Below are positions 19,926 to 27,638 of a stretch of 53,345 bases of DNA, piece by piece. Both the position numbers and the translations under genes were made by a program. Numbering within the stretch: the stretch's first letter is position 1; each line of letters starts with the position of its first letter. The notes under the pieces were generated by a model, which was given only the letters and a program-made list of their open reading frames with translations, had not been told where the DNA came from and did not search any database. The stretch spans positions 1 through 53,345 of the forward strand of contig JAFGHK010000008.1 in the NCBI GenBank assembly GCA_016930185.1, written 5' to 3'. This DNA is from Dehalococcoidales bacterium. Its GTDB lineage: Bacteria; Chloroflexota; Dehalococcoidia; Dehalococcoidales; RBG-16-60-22.

Positions 19926-21236
19926 TTAATCGAAACGATAGGATAGAAGGCCGGCCGGCACCTTGGGGTAAAAGTAGGTTGATTTTCGGGGCATGCGGTC
20001 GCCGCTGTCGGCGATGGTTTTAATCACTGCGGGCTTGATGGGATTGACGATGATGCCCAGCTGGTATTCTTGGTTCAGCACCCTTTTTATCGCCGTTTCG
20101 GCATCGTAGCTGTAGTCCAGGAAAGTCCCCGCTTTTTCATGGCTTAAGCCGAGGAGTTCCTCCAGTATCACGTGGTCGACGATACTGACATCCAGTTTTT
20201 GGTAGAATTCCGAGTGGAAAGCCGGGAACATGGGACGGATTTCTCTAAAATCGCGGACTGAAATTACCTGTAAATGGCCAGGCTTGAGGCCGCATAAAAG
20301 CAGCTTTGTTTCATCTCCATCATCGGTCAGCAGCGTGTTTATCTGTGATTTAATGTCTTTTTTAATGGCATAATCTTTAACATTAAAGAAAGTATCCAGT
20401 CTTGCCAGCAGGTCGTCCAGCGCCGATTGCTCCATGCCGCGGAGCAGGCGGTGCGCTGGCAGAATTACGAGGCCGGGGTCGGCGATGTCAATCAGCGTCA
20501 TCAAGACGAAATCATAAGGGGCTTCTCCGGCGTTTGCCGTGGAGGCGCTGTGCCTTTCACGCTGATAGACCAGCGCGCTCTCATAGCGGTGATGGCCGTC
20601 GGCGATGTAAAGAGGTTGGTCAGCCAGACAGCCTTTAATCCGCCCGATAGCTTGTTCATCGGTGATGGCCCACATACAGTGGCTCTCTCCGTCAACGTTA
20701 GAAATCTGGAAGATTGGCTTATGATGTGCCTGCTTCTTCGGTATCGAGGCAATCTCCTTGCCGTTATCCTCGTAAAGCGACATTACGGGGCTGGTATTAG
20801 CCTGTAGCGCCCACAGCATGTTCAGGCGGTCGCTTTTGGCACTGGTAAGCGTCCCTTCATGGGGGCGGACAACCATCCTGCTCCAGTCCTCCAGTCTGAC
20901 GAGGCAGTTGATGGTGGTTCGCTGGAGTTTCTTACCCTGGTGTGTGAAGGAATGCTCGTCGATGTAGAGCGAGGGGCTTTCATCGATGACCAGGATGCGC
21001 CTGTCCAGCCAGTCCTTAAAGCTAGCCGCGGCGCGTGTGTATTTATTGAAGGTGTCCTTGTCCTGCGGCAGCTCCCTGCCGTACTCGATACGCACGAAAT
21101 TATAGTCGCTGTGCTGGTATAACTCCTGCTGAAGCTGGGGTGTAATAATGTCGTAGGGAGGGCAAAGGACCTTAGCCAGGTCTTTGATGAGTGAAGGGTT
21201 GTAATGTAAGCCCTGGAACGGGCGGATATCAGCCAA
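19926..21236 (-). CDS. DUF1015 family protein
   Basis: PPYDII, PHExT, YIADGHHRY, PAHR, MPxKSTYFYPK. GGGAGG RBS before TTG. Confidence 0.92.
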   Translation of the reverse strand: MADIRPFQGLHYNPSLIKDLAKVLCPPYDIITPQLQQELYQHSDYNFVRIEYGRELPQDKDTFNKYTRAAASFKDWLDRRILVIDESPSLYIDEHSFTHQGKKLQRTTINCLVRLEDWSRMVVRPHEGTLTSAKSDRLNMLWALQANTSPVMSLYEDNGKEIASIPKKQAHHKPIFQISNVDGESHCMWAITDEQAIGRIKGCLADQPLYIADGHHRYESALVYQRERHSASTANAGEAPYDFVLMTLIDIADPGLVILPAHRLLRGMEQSALDDLLARLDTFFNVKDYAIKKDIKSQINTLLTDDGDETKLLLCGLKPGHLQVISVRDFREIRPMFPAFHSEFYQKLDVSIVDHVILEELLGLSHEKAGTFLDYSYDAETAIKRVLNQEYQLGIIVNPIKPAVIKTIADSGDRMPRKSTYFYPKVPAGLLSYRFD

Positions 21237-21338
21237 ATCAGCCTCCCAGCGGTTGAATAGGGTATTCCAGTCCAGTTTAACTTATAGCTAGAAATGAAGC
21301 AAGTAGTTCGGGTATACTGTTTAGTATCGGAGGGTGCC

Positions 21339-21953
21339 TTGATTATACGTAAACTGACCGTCGGGCCGTACGCCAGCAACTGCTACATCGTCGGGGATGA
21401 AGCCACTAAAGAGGGCATGATTATCGACCCCGGCGCTAACGGTAGAGAGATACTGGCTAAAGTCGATGAGCTGGGACTGCAGGTCAAGACTATCGTCCTG
21501 ACCCATCGCCATCCAGACCACGTGGGCGCCGCAGGACAGGTGATGCAGGCCACGAAGGCCGAACTGGCAGCGCACGAGGAGTGCGCTAAATACCTTCCGC
21601 AGTCGCCGAGCTACATGTACGAAGAGCCTTTCCAGGGAGCACCGAAGCCAAAGCGTATTCTTAAAGAAGGGGACAATATCGATATCGGCGGGCTGCATTT
21701 CAAGGTGCTGGAAACGCCGGGGCACACGCCATGCGGCATAAGTATAGCAGGGGAGGGGCACGTGTTTACGGGGGACACGCTCTTCAACTACGGCATCGGG
21801 CGGTACGACCTGATTGACGGCGACTACGACGCGCTTATAAATGGAATCAAGACGAAGCTGCTGACCCTGCCGCCGGAGACGGTCGTGCACCCGGGACACG
21901 GACCGGACTCGACGATTGCCACGGAGATAAGGGCGAACACGTTTTTGAGATGA
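21339..21953 (+). CDS. MBL-fold metallo-hydrolase
   Basis: THRHPDH, TPGHT, GDTLF, PGHG. TTG21339 follows GGAGG, so it is preferred over ATG21294. Confidence 0.92.
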   Translation: MIIRKLTVGPYASNCYIVGDEATKEGMIIDPGANGREILAKVDELGLQVKTIVLTHRHPDHVGAAGQVMQATKAELAAHEECAKYLPQSPSYMYEEPFQGAPKPKRILKEGDNIDIGGLHFKVLETPGHTPCGISIAGEGHVFTGDTLFNYGIGRYDLIDGDYDALINGIKTKLLTLPPETVVHPGHGPDSTIATEIRANTFLR

Positions 21954-21968
21954 CGCCGGTTTTTCAGC

Positions 21969-22104
21969 TACGATTCGTTTTGTAAAAAGGCACTTTATAA
22001 AATTTTTTATTTCAAAGCTAAAGAGGGTGTCTTTTCAGGATTTTTAGCTACGATTCGTTCCGTTAAATTTTCAGGTGTTTTTGATGGTCCAGATACGATT
22101 CGTT
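21969..22104. repeat. Three dispersed copies of TACGATTCGTT
   Basis: Copies at 21969-21979, 22049-22059 and 22094-22104. The core ACGA-W-TCGT is palindromic. Confidence 0.85.
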
Positions 22105-22447
22105 CCGTGAAAAACGATTGATTTTGCTGTATCTTTTTGAACGCAGCCCGGATAAAGGATTTGAAAAGGGCATGGTCTTTTTTGCTTAAACTGGAATTAG
22201 AAAGATACCATTTAGAGAGTATTTTAGAGGCTTCCATGAGAACGCGGCGGCTATCCGGGGCAGACTTGAGAGCGGAGGCAAGCTTGATGCGCAGGGCAAT
22301 AAGCGCGGGTGCCTCACCGCCCCGGTTGAGAATATTGGCGAGCTCGTAAAGCTGGTCAACAGACAGGCGGGAAGAATACAAGCCGTGCTTGCGGGCGTTC
22401 TGGTTGCCGGGCTGACCGCCCCTTCGACGTTTTGGTTTACGTTCCAT
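22007..22447 (-). CDS. Hypothetical basic protein (146 aa) with GGQPGNQNARKHG motif, terminase-small-subunit-like N-terminus
   Basis: Begins MERKPKRRRGGQPGNQNARKHGLYS. ATG22447 lies 5 nt after a -10 box (leaderless), so it is preferred over 22549. Confidence 0.7.
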   Translation of the reverse strand: MERKPKRRRGGQPGNQNARKHGLYSSRLSVDQLYELANILNRGGEAPALIALRIKLASALKSAPDSRRVLMEASKILSKWYLSNSSLSKKDHALFKSFIRAAFKKIQQNQSFFTERIVSGPSKTPENLTERIVAKNPEKTPSLALK

Positions 22448-22452
22448 ACTTG

Positions 22453-22481
22453 ATATTAGCACGGGTGTTCTGGCGGGTAAA
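22453..22481 (-). promoter_or_regulatory. Promoter with overlapping LexA-like (SOS) box
   Basis: TTTACC-17nt-TAATAT with extended TG. AGAAC-ACCC-GTGCT at 22458-22471 is one mismatch from AGAAC-N4-GTTCT. Confidence 0.65.
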
Positions 22482-22510
22482 GGGGATTTTGTCGTGGGTT
22501 TGGGGGGTAA

Positions 22511-22570
22511 TAACCAAGTTACAAGAAACAAGATACAAACAAAAATCAAATTTCAAAGGCCAAATTTCAA
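22511..22570 (+). repeat. Degenerate heptamer tandem repeat (NNNNCAA)x4-ACAA-(NNNNCAA)x4
   Basis: taaccaa gttacaa gaaacaa gatacaa acaa aaatcaa atttcaa aggccaa atttcaa. Confidence 0.75.
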
Positions 22571-22575
22571 AGATT

Positions 22576-22703
22576 GGGAGTTTTTTGTTTGGGGGAGGGG
22601 TGGTGTATAATGCAGGAAAGAAAATCCCCCTTAATCCCCCTTTTTCAAAGTGGGAAACTGGAAAGGGAGTGCTTTGTTTGGGGGAGGGGGGTGGGATTAT
22701 AAT
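22576..22703 (+). repeat. Pair of about 36-39 bp G-rich direct repeats bracketing a CCCCC-type hairpin repeat
   Basis: GGGAGT..TTTGTTTGGGGGAGGGG..TATAAT at 22576-22611 and 22665-22703. ATCCCCCTTAATCCCCCTTTTTCAAAGTGGGA at 22624-22655. Confidence 0.75.
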
Positions 22704-25165
22704 AAATCCAATTGTTCTGGCGATTTCTTTTTCTTAGTTGATAATATACCTGCTATATCACTAAGTTGTTTTTTTTGGTTTTTCAAAGTGTTTATGTTGT
22801 TTTGTAAGGAATCATAATAAAGTATTTGCCATTTATCATGTTCAAACCATTGACCAAACATTGGTGATTTTAGTTTCTTAGACAGTTGATTGGCACGTTC
22901 ATCCGGTAAAACCATATATTTATTTGTATGATAAGGTATAGATGATACGCGTCTAAGAGCTTCTGTCATTGCAGTAGTATTTTCTACTTCAAATACTGTA
23001 TCAATATTCCCGTCCTTATACCATAAAAGGTCAATATTTATCGTATCATCTAATTGGTCTTTACTTAATCCTGAAATCATCAACTTTTTAGGTTTACAGA
23101 AATCTGCAAGGGGGGTAGTTACGCCTGCTGCACCTTTTAAGACTGATGATTGCTCTTTAAGTCCGACCCATATATTAAAACCTAAACTTTTGCCGATATC
23201 AGCTAACCAGCTGATAATTTGTGCGTGTTGAGTGGCACGATGGGTAACGAGTGGTTTAAGTTTCCAATACCCTCCAGATTCCTTCTTGGCATATTCTTTT
23301 AGTATATCCATAAGGCTAAGACTATCAGAAGTTAAAGAGTTCGGGAATTCAATACTTACTGCTTCCCAAAGCTGGGTGAAAGTCACCTTATACTCACTCA
23401 TTAATTTACGCAAGACTGTTTGCTCTACGCGTTCTGATAATGGGATTTCAAAATGTGGAATAATTGATGTGTCTTTAAACCACCAAAGCTCACCTTCTAC
23501 ATCGCCTATAGCTCCAGGGACTAAGGTAAATTCTTTACCGATATGATTTTTCAACACTGTCTTTACATCTAGACCTGTATGAAGGGCTAAGAAATAACCA
23601 TGTTTTGCTAGCACAGGATCAATATAATTGATAATTATAGTATAAGGGGTTTCTTCTCCTCTTTCAGCAAGCAATTGCTTCGTTGTCTCAACAACAATGT
23701 TCTCGAATCTGGTTTCATCAATTTCTTTAGGACTGACAGCCTCTTTACCGACTAGAGGCTTATGAAAACGTAAATAGAAGTCTCCATTCGCTGAACCGAA
23801 TGGCTGAAGTAGCGACTTAGCAGATGGCCTTGCAAGTTCCTGCCAATGTATCTTCTCAAAATCAAAACCAGCAAAATTACCAGCCCTGATAGTGGAATTT
23901 CTCACTCTAGTAGCAGGGTTATGGAAGGTTACAGTCAGGTAGTGGTCATCACGAAGGACATCATACATTTCCTTAAAGGCGGTAGACAGCATACGATAAT
24001 AAACATCAAAATCCTTACCCTGTCGCTCATTATGTATGACCTCATTTCCCAAACTCTCAATATACCCTTTGGAATTCCCAAACCATGCTGTCCATAAAAA
24101 CAATAATTCCCCATATTGTATTGAACTATCATATGGAGGGTCAGTAAAAATATAGTCAATCATTTTTTTAGGTATTTCTTTCATAAAATCCAATGAATTA
24201 GCTGTTATAATTAAGATATTAGCTGTACCGTTCAATAATTGATTTATATTTTTAGCAATACGTACATCTTTTAGTTCATTGTTAGATTGTTTTTTGGCTT
24301 TTAATAGACCTTGATGACCAATTATAGAACTGTAAAATTTGTTCCAAACATTTTGCTCCATGTGAAGTCCTGAAGGATACCAATAACTGTGTTGAGTCCA
24401 CGCGGAACTAAAGGGTGTAAAATGCCCTCCTTCTGAGATAGGACTCATATGTGTGCAGAGATGAACCATAGAAGTAAAAGCCATCTTAAGCATGAATCTC
24501 AAGTCTGAATCAGGCTCTTTTTCTATGGCATCTCGCAACATAGCTAATGCCAACAAATTACGATGGGTAAACAGTTGGTCTAAAGATTCATACTTTTCCT
24601 TTTTCATAAATGGTTTACCGTCATTGTAATATAGTGCTTGTTTTGGATAAGGCAAAGTAATTTCAGTTTTTTCTATTTTCGCCAACCAGCTTTTATCAGA
24701 CGAAAGTAAATTACAACCTTTTTCTTGTCTATCTCCACAATGTGGACATTTATACCGTATATCATGGGGGTTTTTACCATCCCATACCATGCATTCGAAT
24801 TCTATTTTTTTATGACATTCCCTACATTCAGTCTGATATAGTTCAAGGATTTCTTTTTTAACTCTTTTTTCAACTCTTTCATAAGCTTTGAGTAATTTTA
24901 ATAGACTAATCGGGGTTATAGTAGCCAACAGGATATTATTTGCAGTAAGTGATAAGTCAATGGTAATAACCCTGCGACCTCTACGCAAAGCCTCTATTGC
25001 CGTTACACCGCTTCCACTAAATGGGTCTAGTATGATGCCATCTTTAGGACAATATGTTTCTATAAACTGCCCAACAACGTTCCATGTTTTTCGTGCCCAA
25101 TACTTGTGCCAATTATACATTGGAGTATGAGCTTCGGCTGGTAAATTACTTTGAATGTGTTTCAT
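22697..25165 (-). CDS. Zn-ribbon amino-DNA methyltransferase fused to a C-terminal PD-(D/E)XK-like nuclease domain; AT-rich
   Basis: HKYWARK, LDPFSGSG (motif I), CRECH/CPHC, FTDPPY (motif IV). C-terminal H..IISWL..IG..LGFxIW...IDLLW...FEVENTT. Visibly lower GC than the flanks. Confidence 0.85.
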   Translation of the reverse strand: MKHIQSNLPAEAHTPMYNWHKYWARKTWNVVGQFIETYCPKDGIILDPFSGSGVTAIEALRRGRRVITIDLSLTANNILLATITPISLLKLLKAYERVEKRVKKEILELYQTECRECHKKIEFECMVWDGKNPHDIRYKCPHCGDRQEKGCNLLSSDKSWLAKIEKTEITLPYPKQALYYNDGKPFMKKEKYESLDQLFTHRNLLALAMLRDAIEKEPDSDLRFMLKMAFTSMVHLCTHMSPISEGGHFTPFSSAWTQHSYWYPSGLHMEQNVWNKFYSSIIGHQGLLKAKKQSNNELKDVRIAKNINQLLNGTANILIITANSLDFMKEIPKKMIDYIFTDPPYDSSIQYGELLFLWTAWFGNSKGYIESLGNEVIHNERQGKDFDVYYRMLSTAFKEMYDVLRDDHYLTVTFHNPATRVRNSTIRAGNFAGFDFEKIHWQELARPSAKSLLQPFGSANGDFYLRFHKPLVGKEAVSPKEIDETRFENIVVETTKQLLAERGEETPYTIIINYIDPVLAKHGYFLALHTGLDVKTVLKNHIGKEFTLVPGAIGDVEGELWWFKDTSIIPHFEIPLSERVEQTVLRKLMSEYKVTFTQLWEAVSIEFPNSLTSDSLSLMDILKEYAKKESGGYWKLKPLVTHRATQHAQIISWLADIGKSLGFNIWVGLKEQSSVLKGAAGVTTPLADFCKPKKLMISGLSKDQLDDTINIDLLWYKDGNIDTVFEVENTTAMTEALRRVSSIPYHTNKYMVLPDERANQLSKKLKSPMFGQWFEHDKWQILYYDSLQNNINTLKNQKKQLSDIAGILSTKKKKSPEQLDLL

Positions 25166-25221
25166 TTATGACCTATTTTACCATAATAATTAAAACAATT
25201 TGATAAGAGCAAACAATAAGG

Positions 25222-25257
25222 AAAAGGGGCGGGGTTTTATTCCCGCCCCTTTCTTTT
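25222..25257 (-). terminator. Intrinsic terminator of hppA (could act bidirectionally)
   Basis: AAAGGGGCGGG...CCCGCCCCTTT stem with A/T tracts on both sides. Confidence 0.85.
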
Positions 25258-25260
25258 AAT

Positions 25261-27423
25261 TTAGATAAACAACGGGCACATGACGAGGGTGATGGTGGCG
25301 AGGAGCTTGACCAGCACGTGGAGGGAGGGCCCGGCGGTGTCTTTAAGCGGGTCGCCGACGGTATCGCCGACGACAGCCGCGGCATGAGTATCGGTCTTCT
25401 TACCGATTACATTACCCTTATCGTCCTTAAGCTGGCCGTCCTCAATCATCTTCTTGGCGTTATCCCAGGCGCCGCCGCCATTGTTCATGAACGACGCCAT
25501 CATGATACCGCCGATAGTGCCAACCATCAGCACCGCGGCGACTACCATCGCGGCATCATAGTCCAGCGGAAGATATTTGAATACAACCCCAATGACAATT
25601 GGACTTAATACCACCAACAGTCCGGGTGCAATCATTTCCCGGAGACCGGCGCGGGTGGTGATATCCACAGCCCTTCCGTAATCGGGCTTGTGGGGATTAT
25701 CCGGGTCTTTAGGATTCAGAATTTCCGGGTCTTCCCGGAACTGCCGGCGGACCTCCTCGATGATTTTCGAGGCAGTCTTGCCGACTGCTTTGATAGCCCA
25801 GGAGCTGAAAAGATAGACAATCATCACCGCCAGCAAAGCGCCGACGAATACCTCGATTTGAGCTATGTTTACCAAGTTATACTGGCCTTCAGTGCCGAAC
25901 TTGATAAGCGAAACCCTGTCGAGGTAAGCCTGGAAGAGCAGGAAAGCCGCCAGACCGGCGGAAACCATGGCGTAGCCCTTGGTCAGCGCCTTGGTGGTAT
26001 TGCCCACGGCATCCAGACGGTCGGTGATTTTACGCACTTCAGGTCCGGCTCCCGCCATCTCGTTGATGCCGTTAGCGTTATCCGTAATCGGGCCGAAGGT
26101 GTCCATGGACAGCACGTAGGGGCAGGTCATCAGCATGCCCATCGTAGCCACGGCAGTGCCGAAAGCGCCGGCGCCAAGCACGCCGCTCTGGTCGCCCATC
26201 CAGTAAGCCACCAGCAGCGCCACACCGATTATAAGCGCCGTGGCAAAGGTCGTTGACATGCCCACGGACATGCCCATGATTATATTCGTCGCAGGGCCTG
26301 TCTTGGACGCCTCGGCAATCTCCTTGACGGGTCGATAGCGCGACTCCGTATAGTACTGGGTAACAAAAACAATCACGACGCTGGCAGCGATGCCGACCAT
26401 GCCGGCCCCGAAAAGCCACCAGTTATCCAGCATGTAATAGACCGTTACTGCCAGACCGACTGCCGAAAGCGCAATGGCGACAAAGTAACCGCGGTTGAGG
26501 GCATCCATGGCGTTCTCATTCTCTTTAGCCCTGACAACGAGCAGTCCGACAATACTGGCAATCATACCGAAGCCGCGGACGCAAAGCGGGAACAAGACCC
26601 AGGCGACGTTTCCCGTAGCCAGATACGCAAAGATGCCGAGAATCATCGCGCCGATGTTCTCCGCGGCGGTTGACTCGAAAAGGTCAGCGCCACGTCCGGC
26701 GCAGTCGCCGACATTATCACCTACGAGGTCGGCAATAACGGCGGGGTTACGCGGGTCGTCCTCCGGGATGCCGGACTCGACCTTACCTACGAGGTCGGCG
26801 CCGACATCGGCGGCTTTAGTATAGATACCGCCGCCCAGCTGGGCAAACAGGGCGACGAAGCTGGCGCCGAAGCCAAAACCTACGATAAGGTGCGGGGCAA
26901 TATGGGGGTTATCCTGGCCGCCGTAAGCGAAAAAGATAACGGTTACACCGATGAGGCTTAGCGCAGTGATTAAAAAGCCTGAAACCGCGCCACCGCGCAG
27001 GGCAACATTAACGGCTTCTTTAAGACTTTTCTGGGCGGCGGCGGCACAGCGGACATTCGATTTCACAGCGATGTACATGCCGATGAAACCCGCCAGGCCG
27101 GAACAGAACGCGCCTACCAGAAAGGCTATCGCCGTACGCAGGCCTACATTCAGGTCACTGTAGCCGAACTGGTCTACGCCGGTATGTCCCAGAGCGCCTA
27201 CCAGAACACCGATGATAATTGCGATTCCAAGCGAATAAATGGCTATGGTAGTGTACTGGCGTTTCAGGAATGCCCAGGCCCCCTGGAAAATAATATCTCC
27301 GATTTCCTTCATCTTGGGAGTACCAGTGGGCCGCTTCATGACGTTCCTGATGAGGAAAATCGCGAATATGACCGTGATTACACACGCCACCGGGACTATC
27401 CAAAAAATACCTGGTAAAGACAT
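25261..27423 (-). CDS. hppA: Membrane-bound ion-translocating pyrophosphatase, K+-independent type
   Basis: GGIYTKAADVGADLVGKVE, EDDPRNP, GPITDNA, GNTTKA, GGAWDNAKK, GDTVGDPLKD. Confidence 0.96.
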   Translation of the reverse strand: MSLPGIFWIVPVACVITVIFAIFLIRNVMKRPTGTPKMKEIGDIIFQGAWAFLKRQYTTIAIYSLGIAIIIGVLVGALGHTGVDQFGYSDLNVGLRTAIAFLVGAFCSGLAGFIGMYIAVKSNVRCAAAAQKSLKEAVNVALRGGAVSGFLITALSLIGVTVIFFAYGGQDNPHIAPHLIVGFGFGASFVALFAQLGGGIYTKAADVGADLVGKVESGIPEDDPRNPAVIADLVGDNVGDCAGRGADLFESTAAENIGAMILGIFAYLATGNVAWVLFPLCVRGFGMIASIVGLLVVRAKENENAMDALNRGYFVAIALSAVGLAVTVYYMLDNWWLFGAGMVGIAASVVIVFVTQYYTESRYRPVKEIAEASKTGPATNIIMGMSVGMSTTFATALIIGVALLVAYWMGDQSGVLGAGAFGTAVATMGMLMTCPYVLSMDTFGPITDNANGINEMAGAGPEVRKITDRLDAVGNTTKALTKGYAMVSAGLAAFLLFQAYLDRVSLIKFGTEGQYNLVNIAQIEVFVGALLAVMIVYLFSSWAIKAVGKTASKIIEEVRRQFREDPEILNPKDPDNPHKPDYGRAVDITTRAGLREMIAPGLLVVLSPIVIGVVFKYLPLDYDAAMVVAAVLMVGTIGGIMMASFMNNGGGAWDNAKKMIEDGQLKDDKGNVIGKKTDTHAAAVVGDTVGDPLKDTAGPSLHVLVKLLATITLVMCPLFI

Positions 27424-27515
27424 TTTCCCCCTTTCTCTGTAAGCAGGTACAGATGCATATATTTCCGGGTGTTTCCCCCCAAATCTACCCGGCTAGTTTG
27501 GATACTTTATAATAC

Positions 27516-27545
27516 AAAAGAGCAGGAGATACCAACCCCCTGCTC
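27516..27545 (-). terminator. Intrinsic terminator within the hppA upstream region
   Basis: Minus strand GAGCAGGGG-loop-CTCCTGCTC followed by TTTT. Confidence 0.8.
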
Positions 27546-27584
27546 AATTTCATGCTACTATTGCCAAGAACATGGTTATCCATG

Positions 27585-27613
27585 ATTATAATATGATTTT
27601 ATCTTGTTGTCTA
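27585..27613 (-). promoter_or_regulatory. Sigma70-type promoter upstream of the hppA leader
   Basis: TAGACA-17nt-TATAAT. Confidence 0.7.
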
Positions 27614-27638
27614 TTCCTTTTTTAGATGCCAGTCGTTA

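Noticed and set aside
21321-21899. 192-aa ORF antisense to the MBL hydrolase
   Set aside because: Shadow ORF with atypical composition.
21969-22104. Three repeats considered as a CRISPR array
   Set aside because: The repeat is only 11 bp, spacing is irregular, and there are no cas genes.
22432-22737. 101-aa plus-strand ORF across the repeat region
   Set aside because: Translation of low-complexity repeats with no RBS.
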